A stretch of 63,174 bases of DNA, taken from the NCBI GenBank assembly GCA_030324005.1, contig JARDVH010000121.1, positions 5,681,144 to 5,744,317 on the forward strand, read 5' to 3'. Made by a program: the position numbers and the translations under genes. The DNA is from Negaprion brevirostris. Taxonomy: Eukaryota. Each line of letters opens with the position of its first letter. Position 1 is the first letter of the stretch. The notes below the pieces were generated by a model. The model was given only the letters and a program-made list of their open reading frames with translations. It made no database searches and had not been told where the DNA came from. Shown here piece after piece: positions 13,861 through 23,875 of this stretch.

Positions 13861-15291
13861 ACTAAATTATCCATAACTTCCTTGAATACTTTTGATGTAA
13901 AATGTGATGCTTGATCTGATTGTCTTTCTGTGGGTAGTCCATGTCTAGTAAAAAAATTCAAGCATCTCCTCTACAATCCTTTTAGCTATAATATTGTGTA
14001 ATGGACTGGCCTCTGGAAACTAGTAGACTCATCCACAATGGCCAATAGATATTGATTCCTTTTTTTTGTTTTAGAGAGGGGTCCTAAGTAATCAAATAAG
14101 ATCCTTGTAAAATGTTCCTCAAACACTGGAATGAGTAGTAAGCATTCTGGTTTTATCACTGCTTGGGGTTTCCCTACTATCTGACATGTGTGACATGTCT
14201 GTCAAAATTCAACCATATCTTTATACAGTCCGGGCCAATAAAAATGTTTTTGTGTTTTGGCCTGAGTTTTCCTTCATCCCAAATGATCTCCTACTGGAAC
14301 CTCATTTGTTACCCAAAACACCTCCTTTCCATAATCCTACTGGCAATACAACTTGATGAACTTCTGCCCTCTTTTCATCCACCTGAATATGTAAAGGTCT
14401 TTATTTCCTTATTAAGACATCCTTTTCAAAAATAAAAACATTCCAGTATACACACAGATTCTTCTTCTTCTGTATATATTTTCTGATACAATTGTTTTAT
14501 CTCCACATTTTTCTGTTGCAACTTTCCTGAACTAAAAATATCCACTTTGCCCTTCACTTATTCTTGTTCTTCCTCAACCATCTGTTCAAAATGGTTTTGG
14601 CTAACTGAACTTCAACTTCTTTACCTTTACTCTTTGATTTCTCCTCTTGTCTTAACCTATGGCTTTGTGGCTTTGTTACTACACATTCAGGAAAAATACC
14701 AGGATATGTTTCTTGTAACACATCAGTTGTTTGATTGTATTCATATTTTTCAACCACAGTAGCAGCACTCCCACCTGTGATCCAGCTATACCACTACCCA
14801 AGATAATCTGTATTCCTAGACTCGATAATTTCTCTATTACTCCGACCACTACTTTGCCATTTTGTACTGGACTCTCCTACCTCACCTTACATAATGGAAC
14901 ATTACTTTTCTCACCATATATTCCACATATTATTAATTAAGTTGTATGTATTCCATCCATATTACCAATTTTCCTGGCAATACTCCTTCTGAACTACAAA
15001 ACTCTTTATCTCTTACCATCAACTTGCTCCCATATCTCTTAAAATCTTAACTTGTTTCCCTACTTCTCCTGGTATACATGAGTAAACTTTACCTACACAT
15101 ATACATTCTTTAAAGAAATCTGGCACTTCCTTATCAGTCAACCCCTGACCAAGCTCAACATTCTTTGCACCTCTTTAGTTTCAGTCGAGTTTCCTTTTAC
15201 CACTTTAACAAACCCCACTGTCTCATCCTGTTTTATTGCATCTGTCTTCCGAGTGCTTTTCTTAAACACTGTGACTCTGTGTGTTCTACTT

Positions 15292-15639
15292 TATGATGTG
15301 GAGATGCCAGCGTTGGACTGGGGTAAACACATTAAGAACAAAACAAAGAACAAAGAACAGTACAGCACAGGAAACAGGCCCTTTGGCCCTCCAAGCCTGC
15401 GCCGCTCATGCACCTAACTAGACCATTCGTTCGTATCCCTCCATTCCCAGTCTGTTCATGTGGCTATCCAGATAAGTCTTAAAGGTCTTAAAGAAGTCCA
15501 AGGTTAAAGTCCAACAGGCTTATTTGGTAGGACAAGCCACTAGCTTTAGTCTGTGTCGATAGTGTCACTCTGAAAGTTAGTGGCTTGTGCTACCAAATAA
15601 ATCTGTTGGACTTTAGACTGGTGTTGTGAGATTTCTTAC
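15292..15639. mobile_element. Penelope-like-derived palindromic element, copy 2, carrying a nested CR1 3' end (~15338-15487, minus)
   Basis: Starts TATGATGTGGAGATGC. Has a ~45-bp inverted repeat (ggttaaagtccaacagg..caagccactagcttt / aaagttagtggcttg..ctgttggacttta). TSD-like tgttctactt/tgtcctactt. Splits the gag zinc knuckle. Confidence 0.7.
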
Positions 15640-15912
15640 TGTCCTACTTGACTAGAGTGAAAACACCTAAGGCTTTTTTATTTCTCTTCCACCGTCAGTG
15701 GTTTTCTTTTTAACCTGAGGTACACTATCTTTACTATCTGCTGTGAGATCTCATTTACCCATCCCACCTGAGATTATCTCTTTTCCCCAGTTTCTATCTG
15801 TTGCAGTTTGAAATTGGTGTTGGAAACTTTGATTTATGAACAAATTCATAATCACCTGCCATTTCTGCTGCTAACCTCACAGTTTTAACCCTCTGATTTT
15901 CCACATGAGTTT

Positions 15913-16220
15913 GGAGTAGCATGGTGGCACAGTGGTTAGCACTGCTGCCTCACAGCACCAGGGACCTGTGTTCAATTCCCTGCTTGGGGCACTGTCTGTG
16001 CGGAGTCTGCAAGTTCTCCCTGTGTCTGCATGGGTTTCCTTTGGGTGCTCTGGTTTCCTCCCACAGTCTGAAAGATGTGCTGTTAGATGCATTGACTGTG
16101 CTAAATTCTCCCTCAGTGTACCCAAACAGGTTGGAGTCTGGCAACAAAGGGATTTTCACAGTAACTTCATTGCAATGTAAATGTAAGCCTACTTATGATA
16201 TGAGTAAATAAACGTTAACC
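15913..16220 (+). mobile_element. V-SINE (alternative tail) nested in the Gypsy gag
   Basis: Full head, core and tail; splits the gag reading. Confidence 0.9.
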
Positions 16221-17079
16221 ACTACTTCAGGACGTGAATTTTTAAACTCCTCCAAAATAACTGTTTCTCTAAGAGCTTCTTACATCTGGCCTATTTTCAA
16301 TGTCCTTATCTTTCTATCAAAATTACTTTGTTTGATCCTTTCAAATTCCATGTACGTTTGACCAGGTTCTTTCCTTTGATTTCTAACCTGTTGTCAGTAG
16401 GCTTCTGGCACTAGTTCATTTGCACTTTAAATGTCTTTTTTTTAAACCTGATCATAATGCTTAGATACCTCCTCTGATTGTAATGCAAACATCTCACTAG
16501 CTCTACCTACCAACTTCATTTGAATCAACAATAGCCCCATGATCTGTAGCCCTTTAATTTATTTCACTGCTTTTTCAAATGAAATGAAAAAGGCCTCTAC
16601 ATCCTTCTCATCAAACCTTGGCAATGCTTGGACATATTTAAAAGACCCTCCCGAGGCCTTTGACTACAATATGCTTGCTCTTCCTAACTGCCTCATCACA
16701 GTCCCAAATTTTACCTTTACCTCTGGAATTCTAATTTGACATTCATTTCTCCAGTACAATTTCTGAAGTTCAAATTCTCTCTTCCTTTCCCTTTCCTCTC
16801 TTGTTTTCCAACTATAAAAGCTTTACTTTAACCACCTTTTCTAAATCAGCCCGAATGACTTCTTCCACACCCATAAAGCTTTTAGCCACTGAACGAGGTA
16901 TTATTCCACAAGGCACCCTCTATTTAAATGAACTGAATGCAACACCAAAAAGCAAATACAAATATTCACAAGACTCACTGTTTTTGAGTTCAATAATCCT
17001 CAAACCCAAACAAGGAATTATAGATTTTAATCGCCATTAAGACCCTAATTTTTAGGGATCTGATCAGAAACTCCAAATA

Positions 17080-17600
17080 TTTTATGAAGTTGTCCTAGAC
17101 ACCAACTTTTTTTGATTTTGGCATTAATGTGAACATCATTCTAGGTGCAATTCTATTAACCCACTAGGAAGCTGTTTTTAAAACAAACTTTTAAGAACAA
17201 AGTTGAAATGTATCAAAAAGAGTCAGCATAATTTTTACGAATTGAAATATTTAAACATGCCATGGTATATTTCTTAACAGCTATCTATTTGTATAGTTCC
17301 AAGTTAAGCAATATCCTCACAGACGTACATCCTCCTTCAGACTCAATAAGCACAAGATGTGTAGCTCGTGTGGATGTTAGCTTTCCAGTCTTTTAATACC
17401 TCTGGACAGAAATCCAGAAAGACAAATGTCTTCTGACTCCATATAGAAATCTCCAGTGAAAGATCTAACTACAAACTGCAGAACTTTGGAGAAAGAGGCC
17501 AGTTATGGACAAAGTGGCACTGATACATAGTGCTAAAAAAAACTCTGCACAAGAAACATGACATAAATACATTTCTTAAGGGCACAGTATTATCATAACA
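17080..17600 (-). repeat. 5' LTR of the Gmr1-like element
   Basis: Shares blocks with 10871-11751, e.g. cagcataa..tttaaacatg and ctgcaca.gaaacatgaca.aaatacatttcttaa.ggcac. Boundaries are approximate. Confidence 0.7.
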
Positions 17601-19028
17601 TTCTGTATCTATGTGTGTGTACATGTGCTCGTATATCCTTGTACTATACACAATGTGTGTGTGTGTGCATGTGTGTACGTGTGTGTGTTAAGGTTCCTGA
17701 TGCATACATACAATCTATATATTTGTGTATTCAAATATATGGTGTCATATATACTGTCTGTAAGTATTTGTGTGTTTAGAAACCTGGTGCAATATACATA
17801 GGTTGTGTGTGTGTGTGTGTGTGTTCAGAGACCTGGAACAAGATATGCAATCTGTCCATATGTGTTAAGAAACTTGTTGCAATACATGCAGTCTGTGTAT
17901 GCACGTTTGTATGCATGCATGTATGTACACATGTTCAAATACTTGGTGCAGTATACACAGACTGCATGTTTCAGTTCAGATATCTAGTGTAGTACACTCA
18001 GTCTGTGTGTGATCAGATGCCTCGTGCAATATACATAGCCTAAGTGTGTGCATGTGTACGTGTGTGCATGTGAGTTCAGAGATCTGGGTCAGTATACATT
18101 GTGTGCATAGTTTCATGTGTGTCTGTGTGGTCAGAAGCCTGGTACATGATACACAATTTGTGTGTGTGTTTGTGCATGAGAGCATACATGTGCATGTGTG
18201 TGTGTTCAGATCCCTGGTATAATAGTCACAGCATGTGTGTTTGCATTTGCGTTTGGTGTTCATATCCTGGTGCACTATACACAGTATGTTACGTGCATGC
18301 ATGTGTGTGTTCAGTATGCACTGTGAGCAGGATTTTCTGGCCACATTCACTCCAAAACAGGAAAATCCTACGCGAGGTCAACTGACATTTGCATAGTCTA
18401 CCCCCATCTTCTACAATTCCTGTGGTATGTGGGATGGGAAAATTCCCCCCGTGTGCATGTTCAGATATCTTGCACAATTTACACAGTCTGTGTGTGTGTG
18501 TATGTTCAGATACCTGGTGTAATTTACACAGTCTATGTGTGTGGGCGTGGATGTGTGCATCTGTCTGTGTGTGTTTGTGTTCAGAGACCTTTTGTAGTAT
18601 ATACAGTCTGTGTGTGTGTTCAGATACCTTCTGAAACTTACACAGTTTGTGTGTGTGCATGGGTGTGTTTGTATCTGTCTGTCTGTGTTTCTGTTCAGAG
18701 ATCTGGTGCATTTCACTCAGTCTGTGAGTGTGTGTCAGATACCCAGTGTAATATACACAATCTGTCTGTGTGTATGTTCAGATACTTTGTGCAATGTATG
18801 CAGTGTGTGTACATGTATAACTGTGTGTATGCTTGTATTCAAAGACCAGTGCATTGCATGCATCCTGGTCTGTGTATCCAGATACCCAGTGTAATATGCA
18901 TACATTGTGTGTATGTTCAGATAATTTATGGCATATATCCAGTCTGTGTGTGTGTTTGTGTGTGTGTGTGTGAGTGTGTATTTGTGTGTGTGTATGTTCA
19001 GATAACTTGTGCAGTAAACCCAGTCTGT

Positions 19029-19059
<31 letters not shown>

Positions 19060-19167
19060 GGGGGGGGNNNNNNNNNNNNNNNNNNNNNNNNNNNNNNNNN
19101 NNNNNNNNNNNNNNNNNNNNNNNNNNNNNNNNNNNNNNNNNNNNNNNNNNNNNNNNNNNNNNNNNNN

Positions 19168-19208
<41 letters not shown>

Positions 19209-20130
19209 TCAGATACCTGGTATGATATGCACAGTCTGTCTGTGTATTTGCATGTGTGTGTGTTCAGGTATCTTGTGCAATATACATAGTATGTGTGTGT
19301 ATATTCAGATATCTGGTGCAGTTTACACAGACCATTGTGTCTCCGCGTGTTCAGTTACCTGCTACAATGTGTGTGGTGCATGTGTATATCTAAACATGGT
19401 GCACTGTGCAGATTCTGTGTGTGTCTGTATTCAGAGTCCTAGTGCATCTTGTGCAGCCCATGTCTCTGTGTGTTCAAAGACTTGTTGCAATATACACAGT
19501 CAGCATGTGTGTGTATGCATGTGTGTCTGTTTGCATTCAGATTCCTGGTGCAATATACACAGTGTGTGTGTGTGTTCAGGTTCCTAATACAGTGTACACA
19601 GTGTGTATGTATTCGGACACCTGTTGCAATATATACATCTGTGTGTGTTCAGATACTTAGATACATATTTTGTATGTGCGTGTATTCAGACACATGTTGC
19701 AGTATATGCAGACTTTGCGTCTGTGTATTCAGACACCTTGTGCAGTATAGACAGTCTGTGTGTGCACACAGGCGTGTGTGTGTTCAGGTACCTGGTGCAG
19801 TGTACACAGTCTATGTGTATATTGAGGTAGGTGGTGCGGTATACAAAGTCTGTATGTGTGTGCGCTCAGACACCTGGTGCAGTATACACAGTCTGTGTGT
19901 ATATATGCAGGTATCTGATGCAGTATATACAATCTGTGTGTATGTATTCAGGTACCCTGTGCAGTATACATAATCTGTGTGTCTGTATTCAGGTATCTGG
20001 TGGAGTATACACTACGTACATATCCAGGTATCTGAATCAGTATACACAGTCTGTGTGTATGCATTCAGGTATCTGGTAGAGTATACACTTGTATGTACGT
20101 ATGTATTCAGGTACCTGGTGCAGTGTACAC
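17601..20130. repeat. TG-rich ~35-45-bp minisatellite (gttcagatacctggtgcaatatacacagtctgtgtgt)n
   Basis: Degenerate tandem repeat; a matching unit also lies at 10810-10870. Confidence 0.9.
18325..18450. mobile_element. Small MITE-like insertion in the minisatellite
   Basis: Imperfect terminal inverted repeats gagcaggattttc / gaaaattccccc. Similar termini occur at ~55665, 55738, 56292 and 62023. Confidence 0.5.
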
Positions 20131-21881
20131 GGGTACCATTTATTTGCGGTCAGTTGCAGGATTTGACTGAAACTAAACCCGCTGCTTCACCGCAGACCGC
20201 GCGCCTTCAGTTCCATTTGCTTAACTCCCCTTTTCCGTGAGCCTAGTGTCTATAATGCAAAGAGTTGCAACAATTCCTGTCCTCGAGAGGGTTTAACTTT
20301 GGAGGATTAAAATAAAAGGCTTTTTTTAAAAAAAATGTGTTTGAGAGGGGCAGACCAGTGTTGTTGAAACGACTCTGGAAGGTAACTAAATAAATGATGA
20401 TGGATGGCGGTGCCTGTCACACAGAGTAACATGGCCCTGGGCTCAAATCTTGCAGTTTAACTTACTCGCCGGCTCCGACTGCTTATTTGGGGCCGGCTGC
20501 TTCCTCCTGACGCTGGGGCGACCCAAACTGTGCCCGCTGCAGCCGGGGAGAGAGCGCTGACCCGCGGTTACCAATTCAGGGACGGGTCGCTGTTGTTCCC
20601 CCCTACGCCCAAGGACCGAGAGACAGTGAGAGGGAAAGAGAGGGGCAAATAGAAGGCTCTTAATCGCAAAGTCCTTTTATGCATGTGTATGTATCAGGAC
20701 AGCTAACGCTTCAACCCCAGCCTCCTGAATATTGAAAATGACCCATTATCTCTCTATTTAAGAGATGAAGTGAGTTAGATTTTTTAAAAAAAAATCTTTT
20801 CTTTTTTTCTCCCCCTCCTACTTTGCACCCCCCTCTATCAAATGTGACACTGAATTGCCGCTTTGGTTAGAGGATAGATGGGGAAAGGGAGAGAGAGAGA
20901 GAGAGAGACAGGCAGAAGGCTGGGTACAGACTGGCAGTCGCGCTGTGAGCGGAATCTGCTGCAATCTAAGCATTTCATTCTGAGGATAACTTCGAGGGGC
21001 GATCAGATATACGGCAGCGAAGCCGCCAATACGATTCATACTGAATGAAACATGTTATTCCATTTCGTTTTGTTTCCTTTTCAAAGACATTTTCAGAAAA
21101 TTTTTCAACGTGTAACATCATGAAATGTTACCCATTTGTTTGAACTTAAATGCAAAGCCTTGTATTCACCCATGCAGGAACCAGTAGTTTTGAACGCGTC
21201 TATGTTTCAGTGTTGTGTTCGTTTTAAAGATTTTGTATCAGTTTTTCTTGTTGATTTTTATTGTCACGCTGCTTGAGCGTTGCGAGCACATTTTCAAACG
21301 CTCCCTGCAAATATTTTACTTCGGCTGAACAAGGATTGTTTGCTGTAGTTATACTCCGATCTGATGTCACCTATTGTATTAGGGGGTTTTTTTGTTCTTT
21401 TTAACTGTTCTTGAAAACATGACATTTGTGTGTGATGTGTGACCGTTTCGTTTCTACCTTTGGGCAAATGTGTCATTTTAAAATCGCCCCCAATATTTAT
21501 AGTTTGCTACACATTTGTTCGTTTCATTTTTTTTGTTTTTTTCTAACAAAACATCCATGATGTATCAATCTTTGTGTTTATTTATTTTTAAATTGCTTTC
21601 TGTTTCACACACGTGCGAATACCTGGGAGAAGCCGAGTGGAATTTTAAATGCATCTTTATTTAGGAACCCAGTTGCAACGTTTAAAAAAAATCGATAGAT
21701 TGGCTTTGCATGCAAGGTGGCGAGTTTAAACTTTCTGCCGGTTTATTTCTATTGTTTTTAAATCGAATTGTCGCTGCTTAGAAAGTAATTCCTTGTGAAT
21801 TTATTGCCGCAGAACTGTTTAATTTCCCGTTTCTTATTTTATATTTATATATATTGATTTAACCCCTCGCTTTCTTTCTAG
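20130..21881 (+). promoter_or_regulatory. Putative ERFL promoter, 5' UTR exon(s) and 5' UTR intron
   Basis: Repeat-free ~1.7 kb island with many retained CpGs (20145-20240, 20465-20625, 20935-21040) in CpG-poor surroundings. Contains an ETS-like cttcct next to a TGACG half-CRE (~20500-20512) and a CCAAT (~20571), and ends at the acceptor at 21881. The TSS cannot be located. Confidence 0.55.
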
Positions 21882-21902
21882 GGTCGCTTCTCGTTTATCA
21901 CC

Positions 21903-21966
21903 ATGGATTGCAGTTGTGTCTCTGATTTGCTTCTCACTCCACCTCTGCCCACCCTATGGACTCCAG
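21903..21966 (+). CDS. ERFL: ERFL first coding exon (MDCSCVSDLLLTPPLPTLWTP-G, phase 1)
   Basis: Strong Kozak context (atcaccATGG). The translation matches the ERFL N-terminus as recalled (MDCSCVSDLL...LWTPG). Donor CCAG|gtatta at 21966/21967 is phase-compatible with the acceptor at 58488/58489 (G|GC = Gly). An upstream acceptor tttctttctag ends at 21881. Confidence 0.9.
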
Positions 21967-22519
21967 GTATTAACCAGTCGGTTAAGGAAAACTCCACTAA
22001 GAAGCTATATACGAGTGTGTTTTTTTTTTCAATTTGAAGGTGCAATTGAATTGTACCGGACACTGGTGGGCAGCAGGTTAGAGCGGGGAATTCGCCAGGG
22101 TCTAAGATAAGTAAATCACCACGGTTCAGGTTGTCCCTTAACGCGCCTTGGTATTTTCCGCTCTGTAATAGCGGATGAATGGAATAGAGGAGACAGAAGT
22201 GTATGGGGATAGGAATGGGGAAGGGATGGGGCGTTGGAATAATTAAACAGAAAAGAAGAGAAGATAGAGGAGAGAGAGAGTTATGAACGAATGCACTCAG
22301 AACTGGAGACATAGTCTGGCATAGAAAGGGGACGGCGTCAGATGAGAAATGATTGGAAAGGGATGAATANNNNNNNNNNNNNNNNNNNNNNNNNNNNNNN
22401 NNNNNNNNNNNNNNNNNNNNNNNNNNNNNNNNNNNNNNNNNNNNNNNNNNNNNNNNNNNNNNNNNNNNNNNNNNNNNNNCGAAAGGATATATTGGCCTTG
22501 GAGGGAGTGCAGAGAAGGA

Positions 22520-23240
22520 GAAAAAGTGTGTGTGTGGAGGGAGAAAAGGAGAGCAAGAAAGAGAAATAGGGAGGAAGAGAACGTGTGAGGGAGAAATAGA
22601 GTGAAGGAGAAAAAGTGTGTGTGTGGAGGGAGAGAGAGAGAGAAAATAGAATGAGAAATGAGTGGGAGGGAAAGATAAAATTGGAAAGTGTGAGGGAGAA
22701 ATTGAAGGACGAAAAGAGAATGAGAACTACATATAGAAATGGACAATGCAAGGGAGAAATAGTGATGAAGAAATAGAGTGAGAAAGGGAGAAGGAAGGAA
22801 GAAGCTGACAGACGAAAAGAACAGGGGAGCGAGAGGAAAGGAGAGAGGGAGGGCAGTGGAGAAAGAGAGACGAGGAAGAGAGGGGATGGCAGAAAGTGAG
22901 AATAAGAAGAGGGGGTGTGAGAAAGTTGAGGTGGAAAGAGACAACAAAATAATAGAATGAGGGAGAAAGAAAGAGAGAAATGACAGATTTAGGAAGAAAG
23001 AGATGAAGAAAGATAGGGAAGGTGGCAAAAAGACTGAGAGTAAAGGGTAGAGCGAAAGGGAAGGAGGGAGTGAGAGATGGAATGAGAAAAGATAAAGGGA
23101 GAAAGAGGAGAGAGTGAGGGAGAGATAAAGGAATTGTGAGAGAAAGACAGGTTGAGAGGATGTGAGAGATAGAGAGAGAGAGAGAAAGGAAAGCAAGGGA
23201 GAAGGAGTAACCAAAGAAGATTGTGATGGGGAAGGGATAT
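22520..23240 (+). repeat. Polypurine GA-rich tract
   Basis: Predominantly A/G on the + strand; source of the 330-aa L/S/F-rich minus ORF. Confidence 0.9.
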
Positions 23241-23244
23241 GTTT

Positions 23245-23875
23245 AAGGAAGGGTACACTTGCTTTGGAAGCGACGCCACAGAGGTTCATGTAGGGTGATC
23301 CCTGGAGGGAGGGGTTTCTCTGTCGAAAGGTTAAGTCATTTAGCCTGTGTTCTCTAGAGTTGAGAGAATGAGAGGTGATTTGGTAGAAAGGGATTTGAGT
23401 GGACAGACACTGAGAAGTTGCTTCCCTTGGCTGGGGACTCTAAAGCACAGGGGGCACAGTCTCAGCACAAGGGGACAGTCATTTCAGACTGAGGCCTGGA
23501 GAAATTTCTTCACTCAAACAGACATAAATCTTCGGAATTTCTATCCCAGAGGGTTGTGTGTCGGCCAGTCGCTGAATACATTTCAGGCTGTGATAGATCC
23601 ATTTTTGAACCCTCGGGGAATTAAGGAATGGGGGGGGGGTGGCAGCGGGAATTGNNNNNNNNNNNNNNNNNNNNNNNNNNNNNNNNNNNNNNNNNNNNNN
23701 NNNNNNNNNNNNNNNNNNNNNNNNNNNNNNNNNNNNNNNNNNNNNNNNNNNNNNAACCCTCGGGGAATTAAGGAATGGGGGGGGGGGGGGCAGCGGGAAT
23801 TGAAGTTGTAGCCAAACATAAGCCATGGTGTTCTTTAACAACAGGGCTGGGGGACAACATGCATTCCTATGATGT
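23245..23875 (+). mobile_element. Degraded CR1-clade LINE 3' fragment
   Basis: RMRGDL..RGHSL..RNFFTQ. Confidence 0.8.

Larger units (their letters stand above)
10871..17600 (-). mobile_element. Decayed Gmr1-like Ty3/Gypsy LTR retrotransposon (gag-PR-INT-RT-RH)
   Basis: Diverged direct repeats at ~10871-11751 and ~17080-17600, with a PPT (AATGGGGGAGG) next to TGTGACA at 11751. Minus-strand remnants: gag PRFDEKDVEAFFISFEK and ELVPEAY; integrase PVGGHLG..TCHTCQIVGKP, QSDQ, PESQG at ~13200-14350; degraded YIDD region at ~12690; RNase H KYSTVEKE..LVLALQH at 12111-12443. Confidence 0.88.

Noticed and set aside
17058-17080. Primer-binding site for the Gmr1-like element
   Set aside because: The minus strand TGGAGTTTCTGATCAGAT is correctly placed but too degraded to assign a tRNA.
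19042-19207. Poly-G, 100 N, poly-C inverted structure
   Set aside because: Homopolymers flanking a placeholder gap; likely a sequencing or assembly artefact.
22297-23289. 330-aa hydrophobic minus-strand ORF (and the similar ORF at 62118-62879)
   Set aside because: Translation of a polypyrimidine strand spanning low-complexity sequence.
23607-23802. Exact ~47-bp direct repeat
   Set aside because: It flanks a 100-N gap and most likely represents an unmerged contig overlap.
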